DNA of 64,000 bases from a virus: the IMG/VR virus record IMGVR_UViG_3300028920_000001, positions 1-64,000 of that record; one strand, written 5' to 3'. A program made the position numbers and the translations under genes. Below the pieces are notes generated by a model. That model did not search any database. It worked only from the letters and a program-made list of their open reading frames with translations, and was not told where the DNA came from. Shown here piece after piece: positions 62,766 to 64,000 of this stretch (position 1 is its first letter; the number at the start of each line of letters is the position of its first letter).

Positions 62766-63169
62766 TAGCTCTCCATCACTTCAGCTATTCCAGCTAAAAG
62801 AACTAAATTGTCGATTTGGCTCTTATACTGAAAAATGTACACATAGGCGCTTCGGCTACCTTGTTGACCCGTCTCAACAGCAACAAACCAAAATCGGCTA
62901 CAAGTAAGATGCTTATCCTTAATGTCTGCAATTACACCTTCAAAGTTACCTTTTTTAAGCATATTTTTAACTGAGACAACACCATTCTTTTCCCAATCTG
63001 TTGAACCGGCAAAGAAATAGTAAATACAATTAAGTTCAAGAGTTTCTGTGGATAGTTTCCAACGATCTGGCTCCCAATACCGACAAAAATTCCAGGGCAC
63101 TTGATTATAAAATCGCTGCTGAGGGACTTTCTTTTTCCGTTTAGGAGCAGGATTCCAGGGCCAGTTCAT
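62765..63169 (-). CDS. Hypothetical protein ending in VMES
   Basis: 134 aa, C-terminus GIAEVMES, with Ser encoded by AGC. Confidence 0.6.
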   Translation of the reverse strand: MNWPWNPAPKRKKKVPQQRFYNQVPWNFCRYWEPDRWKLSTETLELNCIYYFFAGSTDWEKNGVVSVKNMLKKGNFEGVIADIKDKHLTCSRFWFVAVETGQQGSRSAYVYIFQYKSQIDNLVLLAGIAEVMES

Positions 63170-64000
63170 TACTGTTCCCCAAATAGATGGGCGTTTCCAG
63201 TCTTAGTAATGATTCGTCCTTTCGGGGTTTTTTCCACCAGACCAAGCCGCATCAGGTTAGGCTCAATGACTTCCTCAATAGTATCTTTGGACTCACCGAG
63301 GAGAGAAACTAAAGTGGTGAATGCCACTGGCTGATTTTTCTCAGCCAGCACCCGTAGGTATCGCTGGGAGTTTACATCAAGTCCGATGCAATCGATTCCA
63401 AGTCGGTCACAAGTGTATTCAACCAGACGATCATCCACGATGTTAGTAACCTGTACCTGCGCAAAGTCTCGAACTCGACGCAGGATTCGGTTAGCCACCC
63501 GGGGAGTACCTCGGGCTCGACGGGCGAGCTCCTTTGCACCTCGGTCAGTACAGACCATTCCCAGCTTTTCGGCAGATTTAGTGACGATTTGGGTCAGTTC
63601 GTCTTCAGTGTAGAGCTGCATTTCGACTAGGACGCCGAATCGGTCCCGCAGTGGACGCTGCAGCATGCCAGCTCGAGTGGTAGCTCCGATGAGAGTGAAC
63701 GGCTCAAGCTTGATAGTCAGAGGCTGATTCCCTGCCACGACCTCCAATTTGAAATCTTCCATGGCCGGGTATAGGACTTCTTCGACCCGGTTGTTCAGGC
63801 TGTGGATTTCATCCAGGAAGAGGATATCTCCCTTCCGGAGGGAGGCCAAGACCGAAGCCAATTCACCCTTAGTCTTAATAGATGGGGCATTGACTACGAC
63901 CAGTTTGGCACCCATTTCGTTGGCGAGAATACCCGCGAGAGTGGTTTTGCCGAGGCCCGGGGGTCCAGCCAGCAGGATGTGGTCAAGTGCTTCCCTGCGG
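63169..64000 (-). CDS. ruvB: RuvB Holliday junction branch-migration ATPase, 5' end beyond the window
   Basis: The frame stays open upstream of the track Met. Hand translation of 63916-64000 gives RREALDHILLAGPPGLGKTTLAGILANEMGAKL (Walker A). Then LFLDEIHSL (Walker B) and RTPRGR-like PKGRIITKTG. The gene is G+C-rich. Confidence 0.85.
   Translation of the reverse strand, partial: RREALDHILLAGPPGLGKTTLAGILANEMGAKLVVVNAPSIKTKGELASVLASLRKGDILFLDEIHSLNNRVEEVLYPAMEDFKLEVVAGNQPLTIKLEPFTLIGATTRAGMLQRPLRDRFGVLVEMQLYTEDELTQIVTKSAEKLGMVCTDRGAKELARRARGTPRVANRILRRVRDFAQVQVTNIVDDRLVEYTCDRLGIDCIGLDVNSQRYLRVLAEKNQPVAFTTLVSLLGESKDTIEEVIEPNLMRLGLVEKTPKGRIITKTGNAHLFGEQ

Noticed and set aside
1-64000. Prophage boundaries, attachment sites, integrase or a lysogeny module.
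   Set aside because: No integrase or recombinase, tRNA target or flanking bacterial housekeeping genes are visible. The window looks phage-like throughout, so lifestyle cannot be judged from it.

Overview
No database or HMM search was possible. All family calls come from motifs read in the translations and need confirmation.

The window is AT-rich and densely coded. It reads as a contiguous piece of a large tailed dsDNA phage, or a phage-derived element. I recognised no rRNA, tRNA, CRISPR array, integrase or reverse transcriptase.

**nt 1-27,442: + strand virion module**
- A Gly-rich fibre-like gene, truncated at the left edge.
- A divergent 2+2 paralog cassette: two nucleotidyltransferase-like genes and two putative glycosyltransferase-like genes.
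- A tail-collar-like protein.
- Two giant paralogous structural proteins (853 and 1549 aa).
- Two tandem beta-helix tailspike-like paralogs (1424 and 1464 aa).
- A membrane-protein pair.

**nt 27.4-64 kb: mixed-strand replication, recombination and host-takeover region**
- Replication: SNF2 helicase, DnaB-like helicase, a primase zinc-finger protein, family A DNA polymerase, and a gp32-like SSB.
- Recombination: RecA-like recombinase, RuvC-like resolvase, RuvB (truncated at the right edge), a protein with a RuvA-domain-III-like tail, and a Rad50/SbcC-like half ATPase.
- Host takeover: full-length DnaJ plus a J-domain-only protein, an ECF-like sigma factor, and a histone-H1-like Lys/Ala-repeat protein.
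- Nucleotide metabolism: MazG-like enzyme, YfbR-like HD nucleotidase and dCMP deaminase.
- Envelope: a VanW-like lipoprotein.

Free-standing homing-endonuclease-type genes are frequent, and several show insertion scars. They comprise two LAGLIDADG genes, one HNH gene and two large Zn-ribbon / Vsr-like / GNAT-like ORFs.

**Most unusual observations**
1. A C-terminal tail [VI]-M-E-S-COOH recurs on otherwise unrelated small proteins. There are five exact cases, three close variants and three looser ones. Synonymous codon variation argues the selection is on the peptide.
2. Two repeat-array + nuclease-fold + acyltransferase-like ORFs.
3. The duplicated nucleotidyltransferase / transferase cassette sits inside the fibre module.
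4. An HNH cassette has displaced a diverged 5' copy of the primase-like gene.
5. An untracked 59-aa winged-helix ORF lies divergent from the sigma factor gene.
6. G+C-rich islands stand out from the AT-rich background: a Cys-rich lipoprotein gene and ruvB.
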